Both the position numbers and the translations under genes were made by a program. Under the pieces are notes generated by a model. It saw only the letters and a list, made by a program, of their open reading frames with translations, had not been told where the DNA came from and searched no databases. From Octopus sinensis (Eukaryota): a DNA stretch of 64,000 nt. Each line of letters opens with the position of its first letter. Positions within the stretch are counted from its first letter, which is position 1. The stretch lies in NCBI RefSeq assembly GCF_006345805.1, contig NC_043020.1, positions 10,974,001 to 11,038,000 of the forward strand, read 5' to 3'. Below, piece by piece: positions 24,495 through 55,708 of this stretch.

Positions 24495-24717
24495 TTTTAT
24501 TGTATATCATAGTTGCATAGTGAAATACAGTTTCCTTACATGTCAATAATAAAAATAACTTTACGCCTTCTTCAACTACAATTTGTCAGCAAAAGACAGA
24601 AAAAAATATCAAAGATGGACAATGCAGTAAAATAAATAGTAAATTTTGAATGTAAAACTGGAAAAAAAAATTGTCAGCTTTTATTTGAGGACAATCAGAA
24701 CTGGTTACTGAAATGCA

Positions 24718-25069
24718 TCTCTATATATATAAACGGCAAAATGTCTGTATGTGTGTGTCTGTGTGTCCTTTATAAAAATCCACAATTTTTCAGTTAGAGG
24801 GCTCGCACTTTCTATGGTCATTCAAAACCGTCCAAGGGTGGTCGTGCACATCTTTAGATTTCCCCAGTCACCCCGCAAAGCCATTAAAAAATCAATAGAA
24901 GTGACTTTTTTGTGAATTTTCTATCCAAAACCCAATCAAAATGCCTGAAACTTGATACGCAAATTGAATGCCAGCTAGCTGTATGTGATTGGTCAGAGAT
25001 TTGGACAGTACTCGCGTGTATGTGTGCACGCACGCAGTTGTATATGCATGCACTACCACATAGAGCTAG
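24718..25069 (+). mobile_element. Non-autonomous Helitron-like element
   Basis: A|TCTCTATATATATAAA start and CTAG|T end, inserted at an AT dinucleotide. Confidence 0.6.
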
Positions 25070-25572
25070 TAATAGAATAAATCAATATATATATGTGTGT
25101 GTATGTAAATGGATGAATGAATTATCCTTTGTTTACAGTTAACATTGAAACTTCAATAAACAGTTACCAGGGTAGCAAAATTCACACAAGTAACAAGGAT
25201 GTAGTGACCTATTCAAAGGTAGAAACTCCAGGTTGATGTGCAGTAATTTGTATAGTATTTTCAACCGATATATCCCTCTATATTTCTCCTTTATTTGTTC
25301 TCTACTTATTATTTCTTTACCCCTTCTCTTTATATGGTCTACCTTTGACGTCAGATCTACTAATGGTTACTTTTTTAAAATACTTAATAGCATTCTGTTT
25401 ATGCAGTCATCAAAATTATTATAATGTCTTGTTGTTGAGATGGATTCTCTTTCTTTCCTGCTGAGAAGATTGCATTATTTTGCACCTTTTATTCCCTTGG
25501 AATAAAACCAATGTTGTCATCGAAACATATGTCGAAAGTAAAAGAATTTGAATAACATCTGCGTTTAACTCC

Positions 25573-25604
<32 letters not shown>

Positions 25605-26037
25605 CATCATCATCATCATCATCATTGTTTAACGTCCACTTTCCATGCTAGCATGGGTTGGATGGTTCGACCGGGGTCTGGGAAGCCAGGAGGCAGTGCC
25701 AGGCTCCAGTCTGATCTGGCAGTGTTTCTACAGATGGATGCTCTTCCTAATGCCAACCGCTCCGTGAGTGTAGTGGGTGCTTTTTACGTGCTACCAGCAT
25801 GGGGGCCAGAAGAGGCTGGCAAACGGCAATGATCGGTTGGTGCTTTTTACGTATCACCGACACAGATGCCAGTCAGGTGGCGCTGGCATCGGCCACATTC
25901 GGATGGTGCTTTTTACGTGCCACCGGTACGAGTATCACAACTACAATTTCCATTTGATTTATATATATAGATATATATATATATATGTATGTATATATGT
26001 ATATATATATATATAGATATATATATATATGTATGTA

Positions 26038-26093
<56 letters not shown>

Positions 26094-27212
26094 TAAATTA
26101 GAGATAAAACCACTATTAGGCAAATCAAACAGTGAAAAACATAAGCCAATACATAAAATTAATTAAAAAATATAAAAGTTAAAAATAAAAAATTATTTAA
26201 ATAATTTAAACTTATAAATTTTATATATATATATACAAATATATATATATATGTATGTATGTATATTTTTATATTTATATATTATTTTATTTATTTATTT
26301 ATTTATTATTTATTTTTTTAATATATATCAAAAGTATTAAAAGTTTAATAAAAGATAAAGAGTAAAACACTACGATCGTTTCATGGCTGTACCAATTCGA
26401 ATAACAATGCTTCACCCTCCACAAAAGAAGTTTGGTTTGGGGGGCTTTTAGGACTTTAGATCTCTGGATAAAGCATCGTACACCTGTACTACACATTTTA
26501 AGCAGCTGAATAGGCTGGAGTAACGTGACGTACAGTGTCTTGTTCAAGGGCACAACTTACTGCCAGGAATCCAAGTCAAGACATTGTGATTGTCTACTGA
26601 GTACTCCCAATCTCTAAGCGACGTATCTTCACTGAAAAGACTCCCTCCCAGCCCCACACTTATACCTGTACACAATTGTTACTTCTCAGTCTATGAAATT
26701 CTTAAATTTCTCCGTGTCATCACCTGCGAGATTTTATTCTAAATTTCTGACACAGGTTTTCTTTGCATGATTACCTTTAACAAATCACAACAACAAAAAA
26801 AAAAAAGTAAGAAAAAAAGAATTGTTGTGACTGCAACAACAGCAAGAAAATAAATAAAAACCTCGTCTCACCTGTATTTCAGTGTGAATGCATATCTGAA
26901 GTAGGATAAATAAGTGAACCAAAAAAAAGGTAAGTTGTGATATCAATTATCTGGTGGTAAGTGAGACATGGAAAAACTACAAAATATATCTTAAAAATGA
27001 CTTCAAATAAAATATCTACTTTAATTGTGACTTCCTGAAAATAACTATAGTTGGCACACCTTGAAATCGTGTAAGAAGACCTACAATGCAGAAAAGTAAA
27101 CTGTAAACTTTAAAAGTAAAACTGAAAAGAAAAATCAACTTATGTTTGATGACAATCAGAAATGTTAATTAAAATGCATTTTTAATGAAAATCACTGATG
27201 AAAACTGGTATA

Positions 27213-27604
27213 GGTGCAGAAGTGGCTGTGTGGTAAGTAGCTTGTTTACCAACTACATGGTTCCAGGTTCAGTCCCACTGCGTGGCACCTTGGGCAAGTG
27301 TCTTCTACTATAGCCTCGGGCCGACCAAAGCCTTGTGAGTGGATTTGGTAGACGGAAACAGAAAGAAGCCCGTCATATATATATATGTGGGTGTGTGTGC
27401 TTGTGTGTCTGTGTTTGTCCCCCTAGCATTGCTTGACAACTGATGCTGGTGTGTTTACGTTACCGTTACTTAGCGGTTCGGCAAAATAGACCGATAGAAT
27501 AAGTACTGGGCTTACAAAAGAATAAGTCCTGGGGTCGAGTTGCTCGATTAAAGGCGGTGCTCCAGCATGGCCGCAGTCAAATGACTGAAACATGTAAAAG
27601 AGTA
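27213..27604 (+). mobile_element. SINE family S1
   Basis: Complete head, CORE and tail. Confidence 0.85.
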
Positions 27605-28379
27605 AATGTTAGTTTCAGAATATCTATTCCAGCTGGAGTGGCTATAATATATATTGATGACCAAAACAATCATACAGGTATAGGTATAGCTGTATGGCTG
27701 AGAAGCTTGCTTTGTAACCATGTGGTTTCAGGTTCAGTCCCACTCCACTGCATTTTGGGTAAGTGTCTAAATAAATATATATACATAGCCTTAAAGTACT
27801 TCTGCAAGAGATCTAGTGTCACACAGAATGTGACAAGGTTGGCCATTTGAAAGACAGGTACCACTATTTTTGCAAGCTGAGTGACCTGGAGCAATGTGAT
27901 ATACAGTGTCAAGGCGGCGAGCTGGCAGAAACGGTAGCACACCGGGCGAAATGTGTAGCCGTATTTCGTCTGCCGTTACGTTCTGAGTTCAAATTCTGCC
28001 GAGTTCGACTTTGCCTTTCATCCTTTTGGGGTCGATAAATTAAGTACCAGTTACACACTGGAGTCGATGTAATCGACTTAATCCCTTTGTCTGTCCTTGT
28101 TTGTCCCCTCTATGTTTAGCCCCTTGTGGGTAGTAAAGAAATAGATATACAGTGTCCTGCTCAAAGACAGAACTCACTCCCAGGAATCTAACTAATGAGC
28201 TTGTTATTCTAAAATGAGTACCCTTAACCACTAAGCCATGCACTTTCACTGATACTTTGCTTAAAAGGAAAAGGAAACACAATATTCCATCCAAAAATAG
28301 AATTTTTTTTTTAAATCGAAAAGTATCAACAAGATTACGGCTGGAAAATAAGTGTTCACTCTAAGTAGATGCACTCAAC

Positions 28380-28800
28380 AGTCTGAGGACAGCTCCAGAA
28401 CGTTGTGCATTTGTTCCTCACTGCATTCCTGGGAAGATCTTCAAACACTTCCTTGATCTTGGCTACCTGCTCAGCATTGGTGTTGTTGGCAGAATGGCTG
28501 GTGTTGTTCTTGACCACACCCTACATATAGATTGCAATTAGTGGAATTAGGAGGCCAGAAATTTGGGTTGGTGAAGTCATAGAGATTCTCCAACGACCAC
28601 TTCTGATTCTCTCCAGAACAATAGCAAAGAGAAAAAGCCTGCTTCCACATATATGGCCTTCCAGCAGCAAACCTCTCCAACCAGGGTTTGAATTGAGCGT
28701 AGTATCCTGTTCAAAATTGTGGTGTGGCATGACATCTCCTCTACTGGAGACACCTCCCCCCCCCGCCATCATATGTGGGACACAGTCAAAAACAATGCTA
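28380..28800 (-). pseudogene. Degenerate Tc1/mariner (maT/DD37D-like) transposase fragment
   Basis: GVSSRGDVMPHHNFE...ERFAAGRPYMWKQ...NFWPPNS; same family as 59400-61150. Confidence 0.7.
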
Positions 28801-29136
28801 ACTGCTCTGCCTTTGCCTCCTAATTTCAGCTGCTCACTTTTACACAACTGATAAAACTGGTGCATTATCACCTGACATATTAATGATGTCAGCATGGATG
28901 CCCTTTGAAGCTACAACATTTTGGCAGGTACTTGATAACAACACAATGCCAAATTTTGTCCATTTTCAAAACAATTCGCTACTAGTTAATTTTCAAGTCT
29001 TCTTCAAATACTCAGATGTCAGTTCATCTGGTAAGAAGAGTTGAAATTAATGCTTGCAAGATTTCACAGCTCTAGCAGTACTCCTTCATAGTCAGCCTGT
29101 GAACTTTTCAGCCCACCTTCATACATATCTCTATGG

Positions 29137-29185
<49 letters not shown>

Positions 29186-29905
29186 TAAATTATTGTATAC
29201 AGTGCTCAGGTGCACCACAACTTGTCAGAAAGTGCATATAAAGCATATGCAGTAATGTACAAATGTCTGGAAAGCGAACAATGTATGAGTCAGATACATG
29301 CTTGCATGTGTATGGAGGGGAGAAAATCAGGTGTAGCGTTGGCGAATCTCAGAAAGCATGGAAGTTTTGAAGGATGCAGTGCTCCGACAACTAACAACTG
29401 ATGCCGGCAGTTTATTCCATGGTTCAGCAACTCTCAGCGTGAAAAAATGTTTCCCAAAGTCATGGGAGCTGTGCTGTTTTCTGACTTTGTAAATATGTCC
29501 ACGGGTGTTAGACGGGTGGAGTTTGAAAAGGTGCTCAGAGTTATTGTTTGTAAGATGGTTGATAATTTTATGGGTGTCTGCCAAGTCAGCTGCCAGACGT
29601 CGGAGTTTCAATGTGTCCATGCCCAGGGAAGTAAGGCGTTCATAATATGGCAAATGCCTGATGGAGGGTATTCTCTTGGTTGTCAGATACATGCTTGCAT
29701 GTGTATGGAGGGGAGAAAATCAGGTGTAGTGTTGGCGAATCTCAGGAAGCATGGAAGTTTCGAAGGATGCAGTGCTCCGACAACTAATAACCAATGCCGG
29801 CAGTTTGTTCCATGCTTCAGCAACTCTCAGCATGAAAAAATGTTTCCCAAAGTCATGGGAGCTGTGCTGTTTTCTGACTTTGTAAATAAGTCCACTGGTG
29901 TTTAT
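29186..29905 (-). mobile_element. CR1-type LINE 3' end with a partial tandem duplicate and an (ATT)n tail
   Basis: RIPSIRHLPYYERL...RGH.YK...KHFFTLRVAEPWNKLP..VV C-terminus; tail (AAT)n at 29140-29185. Confidence 0.85.
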
Positions 29906-30074
29906 TACCTTGCTTAGAAAGAGATGAAGGTTGGCAACAGGTAGGGCACCTGGCTGTAGAAATTCTGTCTGATGTATGCAAGCATGGAAAAGTAGATGTT
30001 AAACAGTAATGGTTTTTAATTATATTTCATTATCATTTTTAAGACATTTAATTACATATGATAAACATATTTAA

Positions 30075-30730
30075 CCCTTTAGCATTTAGACCGGCCATAT
30101 CCGGCCAAAAGTATTCTGCTTGTTTTATGTTCAAACTGGCCAGATCTGGTCTTTCACACCAACCCTACAATATCGTTTTAAAACTTAACATCTGCCTCAT
30201 CAAATTCTCATAGTTACAAGATAATGCATTTAAACTGGCCATATCCGGCCAAAAGTATTCTGCCTGTTTTATGTTCAAACTGGCCAGATCTGGTCTTTCA
30301 CACCAACCCTACAATATCGTTTTAAAACTTAACATCTGCCTCATCAAATTCTCATAGTTACAAGATAATGCATTTAAACTGGCCATATCCGGCCAAAAGT
30401 ATTCTGCCTGTTTTATGTTCAAACTGACCAGATCTGGTCTCTCACACCAACCCTACAATACCGTTTTAAAAATTAACATCTGCCTCATCAAATTCTCATA
30501 GTTACAAGATAATGCATTTAAACTGGCCATATCTGGCCAAAAATATTCTGCCTGTTTTATGTTCAAACTGGCCAGATCTGGTCTTTCACACCAACCCTAC
30601 AAAACCTTTTTAAAAATTAACAGCTACCTCATCAAATTCTCATAGTTACAAGATAATGCATGATTATAGTTCAAAACAATGTGGATAAAAAAAGGATTAA
30701 TTTTGGCAGAATAATGCGAACACTAAAGGG
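30075..30730. mobile_element. piggyBac-type MITE with an internal 144-bp repeat x4
   Basis: TTAA on both sides; termini CCCTTTAG/CTAAAGGG; ggccatatc anchor at 30093, 30237, 30381 and 30525. Confidence 0.85.
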
Positions 30731-30769
30731 TTAAAAATAAGTAAATGATTCAAATAATAAACTTCTCCC

Positions 30770-31190
30770 GCAATCCCTCCATCATCTCACACTTCAGAAT
30801 AAGATCATCTGCATACAGTATCTCCATTACTAATCCCTCTCTTGCACTCCCCATCACCACATCAACCACTGTTACAAACAACAATGGTGACAACACAGAT
30901 CCCTAATGCACACCAACTTTCATTGCAAACTCCTCCGACAGCTCTGATCCAATTCTAACTCTTGTCTTTACCCCCTCATACAAACTCATCACTGCCCTCA
31001 CTATTACCTCAAGTACACCTCTCTTCCTCAATGCCCACTCAATCACCTTCCTTGGAACCCTATCAAATGCCTTCTCCAGATCAATAAAGCACATGTACAA
31101 CTCCTCCTTATCTTGGTATTTCTCTTGCAATCTCCTTACAATGAACACTGCTTCTGTTGTCCTCCTTCCAAGCATAAAACCCAAATAAAA
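30770..31190 (-). mobile_element. RTE-type RT fragment
   Basis: GF..GR.TTEAVFIVRRLQEKY...FIDLEKAFDRVPR...GSVLSPLLF...LYADDL. Confidence 0.85.
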
Positions 31191-31276
31191 CCAATTTATA
31201 GAAATGATATTGTAAATGACACAGCTTCATTTTTATAGAAGACCCATAACAAAGATCAGATACAAAAAGAAACAAA

Positions 31277-31790
31277 TCTATATATATAAAACTGTAGTTG
31301 TGTGAGTGTCTGTCCCCTTCGATTTAGATTCCTAACTACTCCCACATTTTGCGGTGCAGTTTAACCAAATTCGGGTATCTTATAGTTATAATTCATATCG
31401 AGCCCGTCTGAGTATTAGCGCGCGTCTACGATGAGTCTACGATTTTAAAAATAATTTAACATCATTTTTTTATTCCATTTTAATGCACAATTTTTCGTGT
31501 GTCGATGGCGGCGGAGTTGGCGTCCATGGTCACACCTGCACCTGTTTGCTTCTCCCCCTTCTTCCTTCCCTCATGAAGCTGTGGGGAAGGGAGTGTAAGG
31601 AAATCAACGTCGTAAAGCGTTGTCAAGGAGACCAGCGTTCTTTTAGAACAACGACTTCATGGCTTGAAGACACCAAAACAGAAATGGCTAAGAAAGCCCG
31701 AATTGGCATCTATAAGGGAAGTAACTCTCTAAAAATGCTTATATAGTTATTTCCCTTACAAACCCGAGCAACGCCGGGCGATACTGCTAG
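31277..31790 (+). mobile_element. Non-autonomous Helitron-like element
   Basis: A|TCTATATATATAAAA ... cccgagcaacgccggg hairpin ... CTAG|T. Relatives at 43666-43971(-), 48194-48596(-) and 58016-58400(+). Confidence 0.75.
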
Positions 31791-32014
31791 TACATAATAC
31801 AGTGAAAAAATATTAGGTATAACCTAAGTAAACATGGATGTACAAATCCCCCCATACATACATGGTCTGGCACACAACACTTGCTCATACAAATGCACAC
31901 ACACATCACACAAATGCAAGTGATCTGGTCCACATAGTCACACATAGAATTATTAATAAGGTCAGTGGCTATTTGTGGCTAATGATATGTCCTGAAACTG
32001 GAGACTTTAGGATC

Positions 32015-32325
32015 TGAGATCTATCTCTCTGACATCACACATCAGCAAAGTCATGGAGCAGATAGTTAGAAGAAAACTAATCACCTTTGTTAAGGAAAAT
32101 TACTTGCTGACTGACACCCAACATGGTTTCTGACCTGTAAGAAGCTGCCTAACACAACTCTTACAACATTATGACTGGGTGTTGAAACAGCTCCTCAACC
32201 ACTCGAATGTGGATGCGATATATCTCGACTTTGCAAAGGCTTTCGACAAAGTTGGTCATGAAATGATATGTCACAAACTGCGTGATCTCAGCATAGTTGA
32301 GAAATTGGGAGAATGGTTGTATGAC
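32015..32325 (+). mobile_element. CR1/L2-type RT fragment
   Basis: ISLTSHISKVME...TQHGF...SCLTQL...DAIYLDFAKAFDKV. Confidence 0.8.
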
Positions 32326-32748
32326 AGATCTTTTCGGTTTGAATGGCAGTTTTTTCTAGCGGTGTCGTATGAAATTATCACCCACAATTATGACCCTAGT
32401 ATCGATCTATTGCATTTCAATCTATTTTAGGGTTAGGGTTTGGGTTAGGGGTGGGGGTGAAGGTTTTTTTATTTTTCTTCACAAATGTAAATAAACCCAA
32501 TCTGTTTCTTAAACGAGGGACATATTCATACAGCACAAAATGTTTTTTACCTCAACAAACATCAGTGATTGGTTGAAATTGTAGAAATTGAAGAAAAAAA
32601 CAACAAATATCTTACAAACTATAGAATTTTTTCAATAAAGCCAAGAGAAAATAATGTTTTATAAACACATTCTACCAGTATACGAAGTTTAAAATTTTTT
32701 AGTTACCTAGAAATTATGTTAAAAACTGCCGTTCAAACCGAAAATATG
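32325..32748. mobile_element. MITE with GATCTTTTCGGTTTGAA TIRs and internal TTAGGG-like repeats
   Basis: TIR pair; an oppositely oriented copy lies at 48820-49249. Confidence 0.7.
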
Positions 32749-33076
32749 CCATTTGATTTTTATTTTGATGATATTGACGTACTTGACTCAATAGGTCTCC
32801 TCAAGCACAGCAGGTCACTCTACGATCCAAGGTTAGCACAGCAGGCTGTCTTGTGAGCCATGGACTCACTTCATTTGTCGGGTCTTCGCAGTCACAGAAT
32901 ATCTCAGTTTTTCGTCATTTCCTCTGTGAGGCCCAATGTGCCACCGGCACGGGTATCACAACTACAATATCCATTTGATTTTTAATTTGATGTTGATGTA
33001 TGTTATGCAGAAATACCTGCCGATGTTCATCCAACTGAATTATCTCCCCTTTAAATCAACATCCTCTGTATTTTAA

Positions 33077-33296
33077 CCCTTTAGTGTTCAGATTATTCTA
33101 TCAAATGTGATATTTGTTTATTTAAAATGGTTTGAATTAATCCTGCATTATCTTGTAGTTTAGAGATTGCAGTGATGTGATTTTTCAGTTGTAGAATGAC
33201 ATGGTAGGGCTGAGGTGAGAGGTGAGATCTGGTCAGTTTCAATGTAAAACAGGTTAAATATTTTGGCCGGATATGGCCGGTTTAAATGCTAAAGGG
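33077..33296. mobile_element. piggyBac-type MITE (220 bp, unexpanded relative of 30075-30730)
   Basis: TTAA on both sides; CCCTTTAG/CTAAAGGG termini; shared ggccggatatggcc subterminal sequence. Confidence 0.85.
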
Positions 33297-33619
33297 TTAA
33301 GTCTCACTAGCAGTCACCCAACTTTTGCCCTGGTCTGTACTGTACTCACATACATCTCTTGTAATGCCCAGGAGTCGAATTGTAGCTAAAACTTGCTAGT
33401 TTCCAGTCTTCACGAAAAAAAGGTCTAAATTCTAAACCAACTTGTCATCGTTCTGATGTTTCCTGTTCTCTGGAGGAAACATTTCTGGCTGCATTACTTT
33501 GAAGTTGTTTTGTAAACCCCTGTTCTCTTAAGCAAGCTTTTCTATCAGCTTGAGGCTCCAGTCTCCCTTGTTTCTGTTCTGGTATCTTGTGTTTCCTGAA
33601 GTTGGTAACAAAGGCTCTC

Positions 33620-34040
33620 TGTTGATAACAAAGGGCTGCTCCCTCAGAGTGAAAAGCAGACTGTATGATGCCTGTGTGCAAACAGCCATGCTACACAGTA
33701 ATTAAACATGAGCGTTGACCACCAAGGACATAGATATACTTGAAAAAAATGAAGCTAGTATGCTTCACTAGATGTGCAATATCAGTGTGCATGTACGACA
33801 GGGTGTAAGTGTCTTGAAAGAAAAGCTGGATATAAGAGGCATCAAATGTGGTGTGCAAGAGAGATGACTGTGCTGGTATGGGCATATAATGCATATGGAC
33901 GAGGGCAGCTGTGTAAAATTGTGCTGAACTCTAACTGTGAAAGGAATCTGTGGAAGAAATAGATCTAGGAAGACATGGGATAAGGTGGTGAAGCATGGTC
34001 TTTGAACATTGGGCCTCATGGTGACAATGACAAGTGACCA
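33620..34040 (+). mobile_element. Degenerate RTE C-terminal fragment
   Basis: Similar to 18590-19010. Confidence 0.7.
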
Positions 34041-34489
34041 AAACGTTCGTTCAAACCTATCGGCAATTTCTTGTGATGATTTGGACCAATCTCAACAGGA
34101 AGTATTTTTCTGCAATATACACTTGCGTCAGAAATTAATTAGCACTTCTCAATTTTCTACATTAAATAGGTTAAATTAATTAACCTATGAGCTGTTCAAA
34201 ACGTCTTACGCGATGAGAAAACTTAGTATGGTGATTTCGGTCCTTGCGAGGCGCTACCTATATCTATTAAACAAAGGAAGATTTGTCTGCATCCGCACTC
34301 CAAGTTGTTGTTGCACTGCTATGTCAACATCATAAGGCTGTAGACTCTCAAACTGCTCTGCAAACAAAGTTACGTCATCGTTCTGCGCAACAGTGAACTC
34401 ACAACAAAGCAATAGTTCGAGATATGGCCACTAGGTGACAGCACATACCTTGAGTGAAGAGCAAATCAAGGGTGCTAATTAATTTCTGA

Positions 34490-35960
34490 TGGTAGTGTAC
34501 ACATAACCATGTCAACACTTCTACTTGGAGTTGTTTACTGCCCTCCCAAATTATCATCAAGACACACAACTTTTTGATATCCTCAGACTTGCTGCCATGG
34601 AAACAGCCATATATGTTTATATTGCAGGGGACTTCAATTTCCCGGAGATTGACAGGGAAGCCTTCCATTGGCCGCAAAGTGCAGACGATTTCGTTAAGCT
34701 AGTGCTGAATTCAAATTGGTCCCAAGTCGTTACCTCCCCCACAAGGGGTAACAACACTTTGGATCTGCTACTTACCGCTTCTCCTGAAACAATCATTAGT
34801 GTCGCTACTGAAGAACCTTTAGGTGACTCTGATCATTCCATGATCATTGCTGACTTGTCTCTGACTGATTGTAAAAAAAAACCGCAAACATCTTCAAACT
34901 GCCTGCTTTGACTGGAATAAAGCAGACTGGAACTCTTATCGTACCGAGCTGCAACGCTCAAACTGGCTCGAATTTTATGTTTATGGAAATGTAAACACTA
35001 TACTTTAGAACATCTTGAATTCAATATGGACGGCATATGCAGCACTGGTACCACACAAGCACCAAAAACCACCCAATAGTGCAAATTGGGAGATTGCAGC
35101 AGTCCAACTTGCCAGGAAAGAACGCCGTAATGCTGAACAGGAATACAAAATGCACAAATCAGAGATCAACAGGAAAAAGCGCAATAGATCATCCAACCAT
35201 CTCAAGCAGGTGACAAAAAAAGCAGTGCTTGAATTCGAACAGCGCATAGCAACCAACCCTCACAGCAAAGTGTTCTGGAAGTATGTACATTCAAAGCAGA
35301 GACCTCACTCTCCAGTTGGTCCCCTTTGCAATACCCACACAGGCCAGATTACTGACAATCCCAAAGAATGTGCAGAAATCATTGCTGGATGCTATGCAGG
35401 CATCTTTACTGTCGAAGATCAAAATGTTCCATCTCCATCACCTCTGACACCGGACTCTATAACTACTATGAAATTTACACCAGCAATGCTACAACGCCAC
35501 CTTAAGAATAAAGGTAACTATGCCTTTCCTGGTCTCGATGGTGTTACATACCTACTTCTCAAACACGGTGGGTACTTTCTTCTGAACCAACTTACACTAT
35601 TTTTTCTATTCTCTCTTGACAATGGTATTATTCCAGAGCAGTGGAAAACTGCCAGTGTCATCCCTCTGTTCAAAAAAGGTGACCGCACATCGCCTGTCAA
35701 ATATCGCCCCGTTAGTCTTACTAGCTGCATCACCAAACTGATGGAATCCTGTATCAGAGAAACCCTCTGGAACTTCTAGAAGTCTCACAGCCTCATCCAG
35801 CCATCACAATTTGGATTTATTCCTAAATCCAGCTGCTGTAATCAACTCATCGAATTTCTTGAGGACATTACCCGAATCACTGATGGCAGCTCCTGGGTGG
35901 ATGTTGTTTACCTGGACTTTGCTAAGGTTTTTAATTCTGTGCCACACAAAAGACTTATAA
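34490..35960 (+). mobile_element. CR1-type LINE ORF2 fragment (APE plus RT N-terminal part)
   Basis: GDFNFP...PTRGNNTLDLLL...LGDSDH; KVFWKYV; WKTASVIPLFKKGDR...YRPVSLTS; QFGF; VYLDFAK. Confidence 0.88.
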
Positions 35961-36639
<679 letters not shown>

Positions 36640-36754
36640 TTTATTTAATGAAAATAGTGGTTAACATACAAACCAACTTTGCTTTTTGAAGTATTAAGAT
36701 GAGTAGGACTAAATAAGTACCAGGCAAATTACAAACAGCTTGATATAATTAAAT

Positions 36755-37600
36755 GAATCTCTTCAAAAGAATATCCTCCATCAGGCATTTGCCATATCCT
36801 GAATGCCTTACTTCCCTGGGCATGGACACATTGAAACTCCGACGTCTGGCAGCTGACTCGGCAGACACCCATAAAATTATCAACCATCTTACAAACAATA
36901 ACTCTGAGCACCTTTTCAAACTCCACCCGTCTAACACCCGTGGACATATTTACAAAGTCAGAAAACAGCACAGCTCCCATGACTTTATGAAACATTTTTT
37001 CACGCTGAGAGTTGCTGAAGCATGGAACAAACTGCCGGCATCAGTAGTTAGTTGTCGGAGCACTGCATCCTTCAAAACTTCCATGCTTTCTGAGATTCGC
37101 CAACACTACACCTGATTTCCTCCCCTCCATACACACGCAAGCATGTATCTGACTCATACACTGTTCACTTTCCAGACATTTGTACATCATCATCATCATT
37201 TAGCGTCCGCTTTCCATGCTAGCATCAGTTGGACGGTTCAACTGGGGTCTGGGAAGCCAGAAGGCTGCACCAGGCCCAGTCTCATCTGGCAATGTTTCTA
37301 CGGCTGGATGCCCTTCCTAATGCCAACCACTGCGTGAGTGTAGTGGGTGCTTTTTACGTGCCACCGGCACAGGTGCCAGATGGGGCTGGCAAACGGCCAC
37401 GGAGGGATGGTACTTTTTACGTGCCACTGGCAAGGGGCCAGGCGAGGCTGGCAACGGCCACGATCGGATAGTGCTTTTTACGTGCCACCGGCATGGAGGC
37501 CAGTCGGGGCGGCGCTGTACATTACTGCATATTCTATATACACACTTTCTGACAAGTTGTGGTGCATCTGAGCACTGTATACAATAATTTCATTATTATA
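36755..37600 (+). mobile_element. CR1-type LINE 3' end, interrupted by an RTE-tail element
   Basis: Same C-terminus as the 29186-29905 copy; ends gagcactgtatacaataatttcattatt. Confidence 0.85.
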
Positions 37601-37692
37601 TTACAAGATGTTTTAAGGTCAAAAAGAACTTTTAAAGAAAACACTTGATCTAAGCCCCGAATCACAACACAAACATTTTATTGATGAGTATT

Positions 37693-54379
<16,687 letters not shown>

Positions 54380-54407
54380 ATTTGAATGTTTTGGTTCACA
54401 AAAGATC

Positions 54408-54465
54408 AACACGATATCAACACGATCACCCAACTAAATCTGGTTCCGGGGTTTCGGAATTTATA
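54408..54465 (-). promoter_or_regulatory. Putative core promoter/5' UTR of gene B (TATAAAT at 54465-54459; TCGTGTT doublet)
   Basis: TATA-like box ~80 nt upstream of the ATG; the TCGTGTT doublet is shared with gene A (15115-15137). Confidence 0.4.
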
Positions 54466-55442
54466 TTTCTCTATAAATACCTACTCCTCTCACGTCACAC
54501 AGTAACTTTTTTCTTCTCTCTTACTTTCTCTGCCCATCACTCCCTCTTCGCCCCTCTCTTATCTTCATCCTGTCTCTACTCCATTATCTACTTAACTTTC
54601 TACTTTCATTTTATTCCATTGGCTAAGCGGCCCAGCCGCGAACACTGTATCTAGCTATACATTCACAACTACCTCTTCCTTTTATGAGCAACCAATGTTA
54701 TTTTAGAGATTTGACAGATATTTCTAGCAGATTGAGCTACCGCATAAAGGTTAAACACACACACATACACACATATACTCTTTTACTTGTTTCAGTCATT
54801 TGACTGGAAGCATTGATGTACATGTGTGTGTGCGTGTGTGTTTGATGGGGTGTGGGAGACAGACAGTATGTTGTGTAAGTGAAGTGCTTCTGTTAGTATG
54901 TGTGAAAGAAAGAGATAACTGAAATTTTTTACTCGGTGTATGTGTATATGTATGTATATTACTTCAAAAGTTCCCGCAAGCCCATATGTAAAAAAAAAAA
55001 AAATTTTACGGAAATCGACGGAAAGGTCTACTAGAGACGAAAGATCGCCCTCTATTATAAAATGGAAATTCCATTCGGAAAAATTAAAATTCAAATACAA
55101 ATATCTTCAATTTTTATTTTCGTCCTCTAATTTGGGACACTACTGAGAGAGGCATAGACAGACGACAGAATATGGTGGTGGAAGGAGTAATGTACCATGT
55201 GAATATGGTGGTGGAAGGAGTAATGTACCATGTGATTGGAGAGAAAGGGGAGGAGTAAGTCATCTACTCTGGGAGGCGTGGTCAGTTTTGCTCTCTCCTC
55301 CTATCACCCTCTGTTCTTTAATCCAAACTCTTTTACTTTTTCTTTAAAGTCTTTGTGAATGCAATTCGTTGTTTTCGCAATTATTTAATTTTTTTCTAGA
55401 TTTCTTTTGTCCTGTAAATATATATATATATATATTTTTTTT

Positions 55443-55626
55443 TGTTTCAGTCATTTGACTACGGCCATGCTGGAGCACCGTCTTTAATCGAGCAACTCGA
55501 CCCCAGGACTTATTCTTTTGTAAGCCCAGTACTTATTCAGTCGGTCGCTCTTTTGCCGAACCGCTAAGTAACGGGGTTGTCAAGCAATGCTAGGGGTACA
55601 AACACAGACACACAAACACGCATATA

Positions 55627-55708
<82 letters not shown>

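Noticed and set aside
54380-54433. ORF-track start at 54433 (MGDRV...)
   Set aside because: It is a TTG codon. The ATG at 54379 aligns with the gene A leader and gives the conserved MxxxAQEE.
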